Source: Longimicrobiales bacterium
Lineage (GTDB): Bacteria > Gemmatimonadota > Gemmatimonadetes > Longimicrobiales > Gaopeijiaceae
Direction: 5' to 3'
Assembly (NCBI GenBank): GCA_965238005.1
Contig: OZ250165.1
Span: forward strand, 3,072,001-3,136,000
DNA: 64,000 nucleotides
Positions 29,640 through 38,874 of this stretch are shown here, in pieces. The translations under genes were made by a program, and so were the position numbers. Position 1 is the stretch's first letter. Each line of letters begins with the position of its first letter. The notes below the pieces were generated by a model that worked only from the letters and a program-made list of their open reading frames with translations, did no database searches and had not been told where the DNA came from.

Positions 29640-30560
29640 GTGAGAGTCCTTCTGCAACTCACAGCCTTGGTCTTCCCTTCCCTGGGGCTCATCACGCCCG
29701 GGGTCGAGGCCCAGAGCCCCTCCCGCGACTCATGGTTTCCCGATCAGGGTTACTTCACCGCCCCCCACGCCTCCATGCGGGAGCCCGTCTTTGCACTACG
29801 AGCGCTGTGGACGCCCGTGTTTCGTAGCCGTTTCGACCCGGCCGAGCGGCCGCCCTTCGACTTCGGGGGCCAGGAAGGGCTCGACAGCGAGCTCCAGGGC
29901 GAGGCCGCGCTGGGCGGGGCCTTCCGACTCTGGAGTCCGGCGCAGTGGGAGGACGGAGGCCTGGCGCTCGGGATCCAAGCCGGGGTCTTCGGTCGCTTCC
30001 GGCTCGAGATATCGAGCAGCGATCTGGTGGCCTCTGATTGGGTGGTCGCGTTCCCCGTCGAGGCCGGGTGGGGGCCGTGGTCGGCCCGGGTGCGCCTCAC
30101 GCACTGGAGCGCCCATCTCGGCGACGAAGTGATCGAGAGTGGGGCGGAGCGGGTGGACTTCACATCCGAGACGTTCGACGCCCTGGTGGCGTATCGGGTG
30201 GGAGCGGTGCGTCTGTACGGGGGCGGGGGCGTCGTCACGCGCTCCAGCTTGGAGAACGAAGCCCTGTTGGGTCCGGACTTCTCGGACGACGCCCACGTAC
30301 AGCTTGGGGCCGACTTCCAGTGGCTTGGGTGGTCCGGCGGCGACTTCGGTCTGGACGGCGGGCTGGATTGGCAGAGCGCCGATCGGACCGACTGGTCGGG
30401 ACAGCTGTCCGCCGTCCTGGGACTGGTGGTGCAGGACGGCGACCGCTCCGCCCATCTCCGCGGAGTCTTCCACGACGGCCCGTCACCCATGGGGCAGTTC
30501 TTCTTGACGGATGAGCGCTACTGGGGTATCGAGCTAATTCTCCGGATCGGCCCCGCTTAG
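29640..30560 (+). CDS. Secreted/outer-membrane protein (DUF1207-like)
   Basis: Signal peptide, H.SAHLGDE, GPSPMGQFF, beta-strand pattern. Confidence 0.6.
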   Translation: MRVLLQLTALVFPSLGLITPGVEAQSPSRDSWFPDQGYFTAPHASMREPVFALRALWTPVFRSRFDPAERPPFDFGGQEGLDSELQGEAALGGAFRLWSPAQWEDGGLALGIQAGVFGRFRLEISSSDLVASDWVVAFPVEAGWGPWSARVRLTHWSAHLGDEVIESGAERVDFTSETFDALVAYRVGAVRLYGGGGVVTRSSLENEALLGPDFSDDAHVQLGADFQWLGWSGGDFGLDGGLDWQSADRTDWSGQLSAVLGLVVQDGDRSAHLRGVFHDGPSPMGQFFLTDERYWGIELILRIGPA

Positions 30561-30616
30561 GCACCTCATAACCCTGAGGCGTGGGGCAAGCTCCACAGGA
30601 CGGACGAGTAGACGCC

Positions 30617-31966
30617 ATGGCAACAGAAACACGAGCGCACGAAGGGGCACAGAGCCCGGCGGGCAGGAAGGCCATCTGGGGTTGGGCCCTCTACGACTTC
30701 GGCAACTCGGCGTTCACGACGCTCATCGTGACGTTCATCTACTCGTTCTTCTTCGCACAGGAGATCGCGCCCGACGGCGACACGGGAACCGTGATATGGG
30801 CGAACGGGATCGCTCTCACCGCCATCGTCGTCGCACTGAGCTCACCGTTCCTCGGCGCGCTGGCCGACCGCGGAGGACACCGGCGGCGCTTTCTGTTGAT
30901 CAGCACCGGCATCGCCATCCTGGGAAGTGCGCTCCTCTACTTCCCCACGCCGGGCCAAGTGATGTTCGCGTTCGTGGTCTTCGTGGTGGGCAACATCGCC
31001 TTCGAGCTGTCGGGCGTCTTCTACAACTCCTACCTCCCCGACCTCACCACCTCCGACAACATCGGGAAGGTCTCCGGCTACGGCTGGGCCCTGGGATACC
31101 TGGGCGGCTTGTTGGCCATGGTCGTGGCCCTGGTGGGGTTCGTCCAGGCCGAGAACCCCTGGTTCGGGCTGGGCACCGGAGAGGAGGCACTCTTCCAGAA
31201 TATCCGGGCGACGACGTTGGTGGTGGCGGTGTGGTTCGCGGTCTTCGCCGTTCCCATATTCCGCTGGGTGCCGGAGCCCCATCATCAGGATCCACCTCCC
31301 CTCGGAGAGCTCCTGAGGGGAGCCGTCACACAGCTGACGGACACGTTCCACGAGATCAGGCGCTACGGCCAGATCGTGCGGCTCCTCATCGCCCGGATGG
31401 TCTACAACGACGGGCTGGTGACCATCTTCGCCTTGGGACCCCTCTACGCCGCTGAAGTCTTCGGCTTCACGCTCACCGAGGTCATGCTCTGGGGTCTGGC
31501 ACTGAATGTCACGGCCGGACTCGGCGCGTTCGCCATGGGCTTCTTGGACGACCGTATCGGGGGGCGCAAGACGATCCTGATCTCCCTGGTAGGCCTGTTC
31601 CTCGCTACGCTCTGGGCCACCATGGCACCCGCCGGCGACAAGATGTCAATGTTCCTCGCAGGGTTGTTGGTGGGCGTGTTCGTGGGTCCCAACCAGGCGG
31701 CCAGCCGCTCCCTCCTCGGGCGCTTCGTCCCCCCGGCAAAGGAGACCGAGTTCTACGGCTTCTTCGCCTTTTCCGGAAAGGCCATCGCGTTCATGGGCCC
31801 GCTCATCTACGGCCTCGCCACGAGCGTCTTCGGGAACCAGCGCTTTGGTGTGGGGGCCATCATGGTCTTCTTCCTGGTGGGCGGACTGATCCTCCTGGGC
31901 GTCGACGAGGAGGCCGGAGCGGCGGCCAGCGGACGGTCGGTTCGTCCCGCAGCCACGCACAACTGA
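30617..31966 (+). CDS. MFS transporter (UMF1/ATG22-like)
   Basis: WALYDFGNSAF, FYNSYLP, VSGYGWALGYLGG, YNDG, QAASRS. Confidence 0.88.
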   Translation: MATETRAHEGAQSPAGRKAIWGWALYDFGNSAFTTLIVTFIYSFFFAQEIAPDGDTGTVIWANGIALTAIVVALSSPFLGALADRGGHRRRFLLISTGIAILGSALLYFPTPGQVMFAFVVFVVGNIAFELSGVFYNSYLPDLTTSDNIGKVSGYGWALGYLGGLLAMVVALVGFVQAENPWFGLGTGEEALFQNIRATTLVVAVWFAVFAVPIFRWVPEPHHQDPPPLGELLRGAVTQLTDTFHEIRRYGQIVRLLIARMVYNDGLVTIFALGPLYAAEVFGFTLTEVMLWGLALNVTAGLGAFAMGFLDDRIGGRKTILISLVGLFLATLWATMAPAGDKMSMFLAGLLVGVFVGPNQAASRSLLGRFVPPAKETEFYGFFAFSGKAIAFMGPLIYGLATSVFGNQRFGVGAIMVFFLVGGLILLGVDEEAGAAASGRSVRPAATHN

Positions 31967-32041
31967 CTGGGGCGCCGGAATGCGAATCGTCGCTGGAAAG
32001 CATGCCGGGCGGCATCTCACGTGCTCGCGGTCTCTCCGGCG

Positions 32042-32902
32042 ATGACCAAGGTCGATCAGTTCGAGAGTGTCTTCCGGGCCGCGGCCCGCACTGTCTTCAC
32101 GCCGGAGGATATAGAGGTGGGCTCGGTTCTGGTCGTGTGCGATCGCGACGCCCCCCAGGCGGACGACTTCGGGGCCAAGGCGCGAGCCTTCCTCGAAGTT
32201 CTCGACCGGACCGAGAACATCCGGTGGCGCGTCGTTCATGGAAATGAGTTCAAGACCGTTCCCGATCTGCTGGAGCTGGTGGAGGGCGAGCACCCAGGCC
32301 TCATCTGCACGTACCGGCATCTGCACTCCGAGAGCTGGCGCTGGCCCTACACGCTGGGTGAGTACGTGGACGTGCTGACGCAGGCGACGACGACGCCCGT
32401 AGTCGTGCTGCCCCACCCCGAGCGACCCGAGTTTCAGGCGCTGGCCAGGCGACGCACGGAGTCGGTCATGGCCATGACCGACCACCTGACGGGTGACGAC
32501 CGGCTGGTCAACCACGCAGCCCACTATGCGCGCGAAGGTGGCACCCTGTACCTCAGCCACGTAGAGGACGACGCGGCATTCGAGCGCTACATGGAGGCCA
32601 TATCGAAGATCGCCTCCATCGACACGGACGCGGCGCGAAAGGACATCGAGGCCCGTCTGATGAAGGACCCGAAGGACTACATCGAGTCGTGCCGGGTTGG
32701 TCTCTCGAAGAGCACCCCCTCCCTCACCGTCGAATCGGTGGTCACGTCCGGACACCACATCCAGGAATACCGCCGGCTCATCGAAGAGCACGACGTCGAC
32801 CTCCTGGTCATGAACACGAAGGACGAGGATCAGCTCGCCATGCACGGGCTGGCGTATCCGCTAGCCGTCGAGCTCAGGGCCATCCCCCTCCTGATGCTGT
32901 GA
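32042..32902 (+). CDS. Universal-stress-protein-like protein
   Basis: LYLSHVED, DLLVMN, HGLAY..AVE...PLLML. Confidence 0.65.
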   Translation: MTKVDQFESVFRAAARTVFTPEDIEVGSVLVVCDRDAPQADDFGAKARAFLEVLDRTENIRWRVVHGNEFKTVPDLLELVEGEHPGLICTYRHLHSESWRWPYTLGEYVDVLTQATTTPVVVLPHPERPEFQALARRRTESVMAMTDHLTGDDRLVNHAAHYAREGGTLYLSHVEDDAAFERYMEAISKIASIDTDAARKDIEARLMKDPKDYIESCRVGLSKSTPSLTVESVVTSGHHIQEYRRLIEEHDVDLLVMNTKDEDQLAMHGLAYPLAVELRAIPLLML

Positions 32903-34314
32903 TGATCACCCCTCTCCAGGAAGCCGCCCAAGGGCCCGCCCCCGAGGTGTCGCTCACCGTCACGCTCCTCTTCGGCGCCCTCCTGACCGGCATGATCGTG
33001 TGCCTCGCCTTCGAAGAGAAGCTCCACGCGATGAAGTCGCTCATCGTGGGGTTGTTCGCCGTGGTGACCCTGCTCCTCGGCGCCGTGCTCCTACCGCTTC
33101 CGTACGGGCCGTACCTCATCGGCGGGCACGAGGTGAACATGCCCGTCTATATCCCGGCCATCGACTGGGGGGTCATCACGATCATCCTGGGAGCCAGCCT
33201 CTTCGTCGACGTGACGTCACGCTCGGGACTGTTCACCTGGATCGCTATCAAGCTCACCAAGGCGTCCCGCGGAGACCCGCTCAAGCTCCTTTGGTACTAC
33301 GGCCTCATGACCGTGGCGTTTTCGGCGGTCCTGAACAACGTCACCGCCATGATCATCGTGGGATCCCTCTCAGCCGTGTCGTTGGCCAAACTCGAGCGCC
33401 CCGACAAGCTGCTGGGCTTTCTGCTGATTGAAGGACTGCTCACCAACGTCGGAGGGCTGCTGACGCTGATCAGCTCGGTTCCCAACATCATCGTGGGAAC
33501 GGCAGCCGGCATCAGCTTCATGGCCTTCTTCTTCAAGGCCGCACCGTTCGTGGCCGTCGTGACCGTCGCCACGCTCCTGCTCGGCGCTGGGCTGTTCGGG
33601 ATCCGTGGGCTCGCCACCCCCGAGGAGATCGAAGAAGCGGCCCAGCTCGTGGCCGGCTTCGACGAGACGGACGGGATCGAGAGCCAGGGGTTCTTTTGGT
33701 TCGGTGCGGCCATGCTCCTCCTCTTCATCGTGGCCATCGCCACGGCGTCTGTCACCCCGTATGTGGGCGACCTGGGGATGGGGTTCGTCGCTCTGGCCTT
33801 CGCCGCGATCATGCTGATCCGCTACAAGCACGAGGTGGACGAGTTCTACCGCACCATCGACTGGGACCTGCTCGCCTTCTTCGCCGCCCTGTTCGTCGTC
33901 ATCTCCGTCATGGAGCACGCCCAGGTCCTGGCCCTCATCGGCCGCGGGGTCGAAGACCTTATCGCGTTGGGTCCCAGGGCCGGCACGTCGGCCGTGCTGT
34001 TGGCATCTGCGGCCTTCAGCTCGGTCACGGACAACATCCCGTTGGCGGCCATGCTGGCGAAGATCATCGGGGAAATTCCCATGCCGGGCGGGGGCGTTCG
34101 TCCGCCTGGCGATCCCCTGTGGTGGGCGGTGATCTTCGGCTCCAATCTGGGCGGCAACATCACGCCGATCGGGTCGGCATCGACCCTCGTGGCGGTCACC
34201 GTCATGCACAAGCACAAGGTGCCGCTCTCCTTCGTCGCCTTCGTAAAGAAGGCCCTTCCCTTCGCCCTCCTGCACCTGGCCCTGGCCGTCGCCTACGTCC
34301 TCCTGGTGAGTTAG
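32902..34314 (+). CDS. ArsB/NhaD/SLC13 ion-transporter superfamily permease
   Basis: SAVLNNVT, TNVGGLLT.I.S.PN, DNIP, LGGNITPIGS; TGATG coupling to the USP gene. Confidence 0.85.
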   Translation: MITPLQEAAQGPAPEVSLTVTLLFGALLTGMIVCLAFEEKLHAMKSLIVGLFAVVTLLLGAVLLPLPYGPYLIGGHEVNMPVYIPAIDWGVITIILGASLFVDVTSRSGLFTWIAIKLTKASRGDPLKLLWYYGLMTVAFSAVLNNVTAMIIVGSLSAVSLAKLERPDKLLGFLLIEGLLTNVGGLLTLISSVPNIIVGTAAGISFMAFFFKAAPFVAVVTVATLLLGAGLFGIRGLATPEEIEEAAQLVAGFDETDGIESQGFFWFGAAMLLLFIVAIATASVTPYVGDLGMGFVALAFAAIMLIRYKHEVDEFYRTIDWDLLAFFAALFVVISVMEHAQVLALIGRGVEDLIALGPRAGTSAVLLASAAFSSVTDNIPLAAMLAKIIGEIPMPGGGVRPPGDPLWWAVIFGSNLGGNITPIGSASTLVAVTVMHKHKVPLSFVAFVKKALPFALLHLALAVAYVLLVS

Positions 34315-34525
34315 CAGGGGCCCCCTCACCGAGGCATTCTGCGATTCCCGGCGGCGCAAGGTCCTTTCATCTCTTCATACGCGTGATGTAAGTTTTATCT
34401 ATGGAAATCCGCACATAGAAAAGCCGCACGCTGGTAGTCCACGCGTGCTTCCTCTCAGTTTGACGAAAGGCATCCGGCCCTAAGCATCTCGCGGTCGCAG
34501 TCACGCAGACGAGTCCGTCGTCGCC

Positions 34526-34989
34526 GTGGACGAAAGGAGTTCTACCAGGGCTTCACCCTGCTCGAGCTCCTCATCGTCACGGTGATCGTCGGTACGCTCG
34601 CGTCGATGACCGCGCCTACCTTCCAGCGGGCCCGGGAGCGTGCCATGAACGTGCGCGCCATCGCCGACATCCGGGTCATGGAGTTCGACCTCGCCAACTA
34701 CATCGAGGACAACTTCGCCTCGCCCGCGAGCCTGGCCGACATCGACCGGGCAGGCATGGTGGACCCGTGGGGCAACCCGTACGTCTACATGGCCCTCGAC
34801 ACGGGAAAGAGGGGAGGCTCGTCCGGAGGTCGCAAGGACAAGTTCCTGGTACCGCTCAACAGCGACTACGACCTGTACAGCATGGGGTTGGACGGGGAGA
34901 GCAAGACGCCACTCTCGGCGAAGGCCAGCCAGGACGACATACTCCGGGCACTGGACGGTGCCTTCGTGGGCCTGGCCGCGGACTTCTAG
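34526..34989 (+). CDS. Type IV pilin / GspG-like pseudopilin; probable frameshift in the leader
   Basis: GFTLLELLIV, DPWGNPYVY, YDLYSMG.DG; no in-frame start, but GTG 34526 gives MDERSSTRG/FTL if the G-run at 34548-34550 had one more G. Confidence 0.82.
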
Positions 34990-35016
34990 CTTGAACATCG
35001 TACCTCGGCCTGACGC

Positions 35017-36750
35017 ATGATCTTCGATGTCGAGCACTTCAGAACCAAGCTGGGCCGGAAGATCGTAGGACTCTTCTTCCTTTGCGCCTTGATCCCCACC
35101 GCTACGCTGGCCGCGCTCTCGTACGCCAGGGTCCGGGCCGAGCTCGTGAGCCAGAGCCGCGAACGCCTGGACCAGGGAACCACCGACGCCGCCATGGGCG
35201 TCATCGAGCGGGTGCAGGCCATCGAGAGCGAGATGATCTTCCTGGCGGCGTCCACGTACCCCCTATCCTCGGCCGTGAGGGCTGGGATCGAGACACCGTT
35301 GCGGCGGGAGGACCTGCGGCGGCTCAGTGACATGAGCCTGGTTCCGGAGATCGACGCCGAGCCCGTGCCCATGGTGGGCTCCCTTAGCGAAGTCCCCGAG
35401 CTGAGCGCCGTGGCTCGCGCCAACGTCACCCTGGGGCAGACGGCACTCACCGTGGTCCCCCGCGACGGCGAGGGTGAGCTCCAGATCCTCATGGTGAAGG
35501 CATGGGACGCCGACAACATCGAGGACGGCGTCCTGTGGGGACGGGTCATCGGCGACAGCCTCTGGTCCACCGCCCAGGTCTATGCCATGAGCATCGCCAC
35601 GACCGAGGTCGACTTCCAGGACGACAAGGGCTACTGCATCCTCGACCCCCTGATGCGGCCTCTCGACTGTGCCGGGGGTCTCGCTTCGTGGATGACCGCC
35701 GGTCCCCCGGAGGGCATGCTGATCCCCGAAGACACCGTCCATGGAGCCACTTCGTGGATCAACGGGGGCAGGAGATACACGGGCCACTACCGGAGAATCT
35801 ATCTCAGGAACTACAACTCCGATAACTGGACCATCGTGGTGGGAGAGAGTGAAGAGACCATGCTCGCCACCCTGGGCGACTTCCGCAGGACCCTGATCGG
35901 CTTCCTGGTGGCGACCCTGGCCTTCGTCCTGCTTGTGGCCGCCCACCGGATCCGTCAGAGCATGGAGCCCCTGGCCAAGCTGCGAGAGGGGACGCGCCGC
36001 CTCGCGGCGAAGGACTTCAGCACGCGGGTCCACATCTCGAGCGGGGACGAGTTCGAGGAGCTCGCCGGATCGTTCAACGACATGGCGCGACAGGTCGGGG
36101 CCCTCTTCGACGAGCTCGAGGACCTGAGCTGGAGCACCATCACCACGTTGGCCCGCACCATCGACGCAAAATCCCACTGGACGGCGGGTCACTCCGAGCG
36201 CGTATCCCAGATGGCCATCCTGATCGCCCGTGCCATGGGTCTGCCGGACGAGGAGCTGGAGCGCTTGCACCGGGGCGGCCTGCTCCACGACATCGGCAAG
36301 ATCGGCGTCCCCGTGCACATCCTCGACATGGACGGGGCGTTGGACGATGAGGAGATGCAGATCATGAAGGACCACGTCACCATCGGTGCGCGAATCCTGG
36401 AGCCCCTCAACGCCCTGGCCGACGTGCTCCCCATCGTTCTTTATCATCACGAGCGATTCGACGGGCTGGGATATCCGGAAGGGCTGAGCGGCACAGACAT
36501 CCCCTTGCTGGCGCGCATCCTGTGCGTCGCCGACACCTTCGATGCCCTGCAGTCCGACCGTCCCTACCGTCCCGGCAGAAACGCCGAAGAGAGCCTCGAG
36601 GTGATCGTCGAGTGCTCCGGAACACAGTTCGATCCGGAAGCCGTGGAGGCTTTCGTCGAGGTCATGAGCTCGGGCGACGTTGCCCTCCGTGTCCTGCAGG
36701 CGGTGGGGGTTAGCAGGGCCGGGCTCGCCGCCGGGCTCGGGAGCGATTGA
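35017..36750 (+). CDS. Membrane sensor with HAMP and HD-GYP phosphodiesterase domains
   Basis: TM-periplasmic-TM, PL..L.......A..DF...GDEFEELA..FN.M, HDIGKIG, HHERFDGLGYP. Confidence 0.9.
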   Translation: MIFDVEHFRTKLGRKIVGLFFLCALIPTATLAALSYARVRAELVSQSRERLDQGTTDAAMGVIERVQAIESEMIFLAASTYPLSSAVRAGIETPLRREDLRRLSDMSLVPEIDAEPVPMVGSLSEVPELSAVARANVTLGQTALTVVPRDGEGELQILMVKAWDADNIEDGVLWGRVIGDSLWSTAQVYAMSIATTEVDFQDDKGYCILDPLMRPLDCAGGLASWMTAGPPEGMLIPEDTVHGATSWINGGRRYTGHYRRIYLRNYNSDNWTIVVGESEETMLATLGDFRRTLIGFLVATLAFVLLVAAHRIRQSMEPLAKLREGTRRLAAKDFSTRVHISSGDEFEELAGSFNDMARQVGALFDELEDLSWSTITTLARTIDAKSHWTAGHSERVSQMAILIARAMGLPDEELERLHRGGLLHDIGKIGVPVHILDMDGALDDEEMQIMKDHVTIGARILEPLNALADVLPIVLYHHERFDGLGYPEGLSGTDIPLLARILCVADTFDALQSDRPYRPGRNAEESLEVIVECSGTQFDPEAVEAFVEVMSSGDVALRVLQAVGVSRAGLAAGLGSD

Positions 36751-36752
36751 CC

Positions 36753-37166
36753 ATGCTCGCCCCACGGAGGAGCCTGGGCGTCGCGCTCACCGTCGTCTGC
36801 GTCCCGCTCGCTTTCTCTGGGTGTGACACCGAGACGTCCAGGACGTCGCCTGACGAGATCACGGGTCTGTGGAGGACCACCCACCCGGATTACGCCGATC
36901 GGGCGTTCGAGATCACGCCCGGGCGGTTGTACCTGCTCCAGAGTGGCAACACCATTTCCGCGCACGACATCGAGAGGGTTCGGTTGCGTCACGACGACCT
37001 GCCGTTCTACTCCATCGAATACATGGGTGACGAAGACGAGCTCTTCACTTTCCGTTTCTACCTCAGTCAGGCGCAGGGCGGGACCATCTACTTCCCGAAC
37101 CAGAGGGAGTTGATGTGGAATCGTGCCCACAAGGCGGACGCGCGCGCTAGTACGGATGCCTCGTGA
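36753..37166 (+). CDS. Lipoprotein, paralog A
   Basis: Lipobox FSGC; G.W.T....YADRAFEIT, DDLPFYSIEY. Confidence 0.75.
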   Translation: MLAPRRSLGVALTVVCVPLAFSGCDTETSRTSPDEITGLWRTTHPDYADRAFEITPGRLYLLQSGNTISAHDIERVRLRHDDLPFYSIEYMGDEDELFTFRFYLSQAQGGTIYFPNQRELMWNRAHKADARASTDAS

Positions 37167-37590
37167 CGACATGATCCTACTCGCCCTTCGGAGATCCTTG
37201 GCCACCTTGTGCGTCCCGATCCTCGTGGCAGCGTGTGGGCCCGAAATCATCGAGACTCCTCCCGACGACGTGACGGGCCGATGGACCACCGACTCGCCGG
37301 CGTACGCGGACCGGGCGTTCGAGATCACGAAAGATTATCTCTATCTCCTCCAGGGCGGCGACACCTTCTCCATGCATCGCATTCAGGAGGTGCAGATCAT
37401 CGAAGACGACCTGCCCTTCTACTCCATCGAGTACCGGGGAGACGAGAACGAGATCTACTCGTTCCGCTTCTACCTTACCCAGGAGGAAGGCGGCACGCTC
37501 TTCTTCCCGTACCAGAGCCACATGAGGTGGCGCCGGAGCCCCGACGCGGACGTCCCCTGGGCTCTGGCCCTCGAGGCGCCTCGGCCGTAA
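37156..37590 (+). CDS. Lipoprotein, paralog B
   Basis: Lipobox VAAC; same YADRAFEIT / DDLPFYSIEY / FRFYL.Q..GGT motifs. Confidence 0.75.
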   Translation: MPRDDMILLALRRSLATLCVPILVAACGPEIIETPPDDVTGRWTTDSPAYADRAFEITKDYLYLLQGGDTFSMHRIQEVQIIEDDLPFYSIEYRGDENEIYSFRFYLTQEEGGTLFFPYQSHMRWRRSPDADVPWALALEAPRP

Positions 37591-37602
37591 CGACCGCGCT
37601 AT

Positions 37603-37950
37603 CTACCGCACCTGGCTTCTGGTCCGGGTCCTCCGCAGCCTCACGTCTCCGCTGACCGTATTGAGCGATAGGCGCCGGCCGCCGTCACCGATGGTGCCCC
37701 GGACGTGGGAGCCCACCCAGCGGTTCCTTCGACTCTCGAGATCCACATCGAAGTCGGCGTGGAAGTCCCCTGAGAGGGACTCGAAGTCGATGTCGGCGTC
37801 GAGGTCCTCCGGAAAGAGCAGGGTGATATCACCGCTCACGGTGGTGGCCGTCACCTCGGACTCCAGATCCCTGGCCTCCACGTAACCGGACACCATGCTA
37901 CCCACGAACTCGACCCCCGCCGGCACACGCACCTCGAAGTCGACGGACAC
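37603..37950 (-). pseudogene. DUF4097 beta-repeat protein remnant
   Basis: TVSGD / SLSGD repeats and GTIGDGG...L.TVSGDV.L ending; N-terminus missing. Confidence 0.6.
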
Positions 37951-38105
37951 ACTGATGCCGGAAGCGCGTCCCTGGTTGGAAGCGTGACCCCCGTCGCTCG
38001 ATGCCGGTCCTTTGGCCGCGACCGGATCGCCCTCCTGCTTGCGGGCGCGCCTACCCGCTCACAGCTTCACGGCTGACATGTCGGACAGCTTGCGAGGTCA
38101 CACCC

Positions 38106-38528
38106 TTGAGCACTCCCCCTCCCATCCGCCGCGTTCTCGAGACGGCGCTCTACGTCGACGATCTGGCGCGTGCCGGAGCTTTCTATCGCGACGTGCTTGG
38201 GCTACGCTCCCTCACGTCGGGGGAGCGTCTCAACGCCCTCGATGCCGGCGGAGGAACAGTCTTGCTCCTCTTCCTGCGCGGTTCCACCGCGTCCGGCGTC
38301 GGCGCGTCCGGCGAGTGGATACCGCCACACGACGCCAGCGGACATGCCCACTTCGCGTTCGCGGTGGACACTGAGCAGCTCCCTCCCTGGCGTGAGCACC
38401 TCGTGTCTCGGGGGATCGAGATCGAGAGCGAGATCGAATGGGCTCGCGGGGGCCGAAGCCTCTACTTCCGCGATCCCGATGATCACCTCGTCGAGTTGGC
38501 CAGCCCCGGCGTCTGGGAGGTCTATTGA
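38106..38528 (+). CDS. VOC/glyoxalase family protein
   Basis: LETALYVDDL..A..FY.DVLG, HFAF, SLYFRDPD.HLVEL. Confidence 0.88.
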   Translation: MSTPPPIRRVLETALYVDDLARAGAFYRDVLGLRSLTSGERLNALDAGGGTVLLLFLRGSTASGVGASGEWIPPHDASGHAHFAFAVDTEQLPPWREHLVSRGIEIESEIEWARGGRSLYFRDPDDHLVELASPGVWEVY

Positions 38529-38857
38529 ATTGGAGAAAGTCAGGCGGGCAGGACCCCATGTCGGCCCCCCGCTACATGGAGATCGCCACCTTAATGCGGG
38601 CACCCTTGACCGACGACCCGTCCGAGTTCGACATCGACAGCCTGGATCCGGCCTTCGCACCGGGTACGGGGACCCCGGAGGTGGGCGGCCTCACGACGGT
38701 GGAGAGCCTGTCCCTGCTCCGGAAGTTGCGGGGGGTACGATTGATCGGGGTCGACGTGGTGGAGGTGGCACCGGCCTATGACCCCAGCGGGACCACCGCT
38801 CTCGTCGGAGCAACCATGATGTACGAGCTCCTCTGCCTGCTGGCCGAGAGCCGCTAG
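38525..38857 (+). pseudogene. speB: Agmatinase/ureohydrolase with large in-frame internal deletion
   Basis: N-terminal PRY..IAT.MR.P joined directly to C-terminal FDIDSLDP.FAPGTGTP..GG, D.VEV.P.YD. Confidence 0.8.
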
Positions 38858-38874
38858 TGTTCCGCGATCGTCGG

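Noticed and set aside
25457..34314. Arsenic resistance system (ArsA + ArsB-like)
   Set aside because: The ATPase is single-domain and Cys-free and linked to cstA; the permease is a general ion-transporter type; no arsR, arsC or arsD
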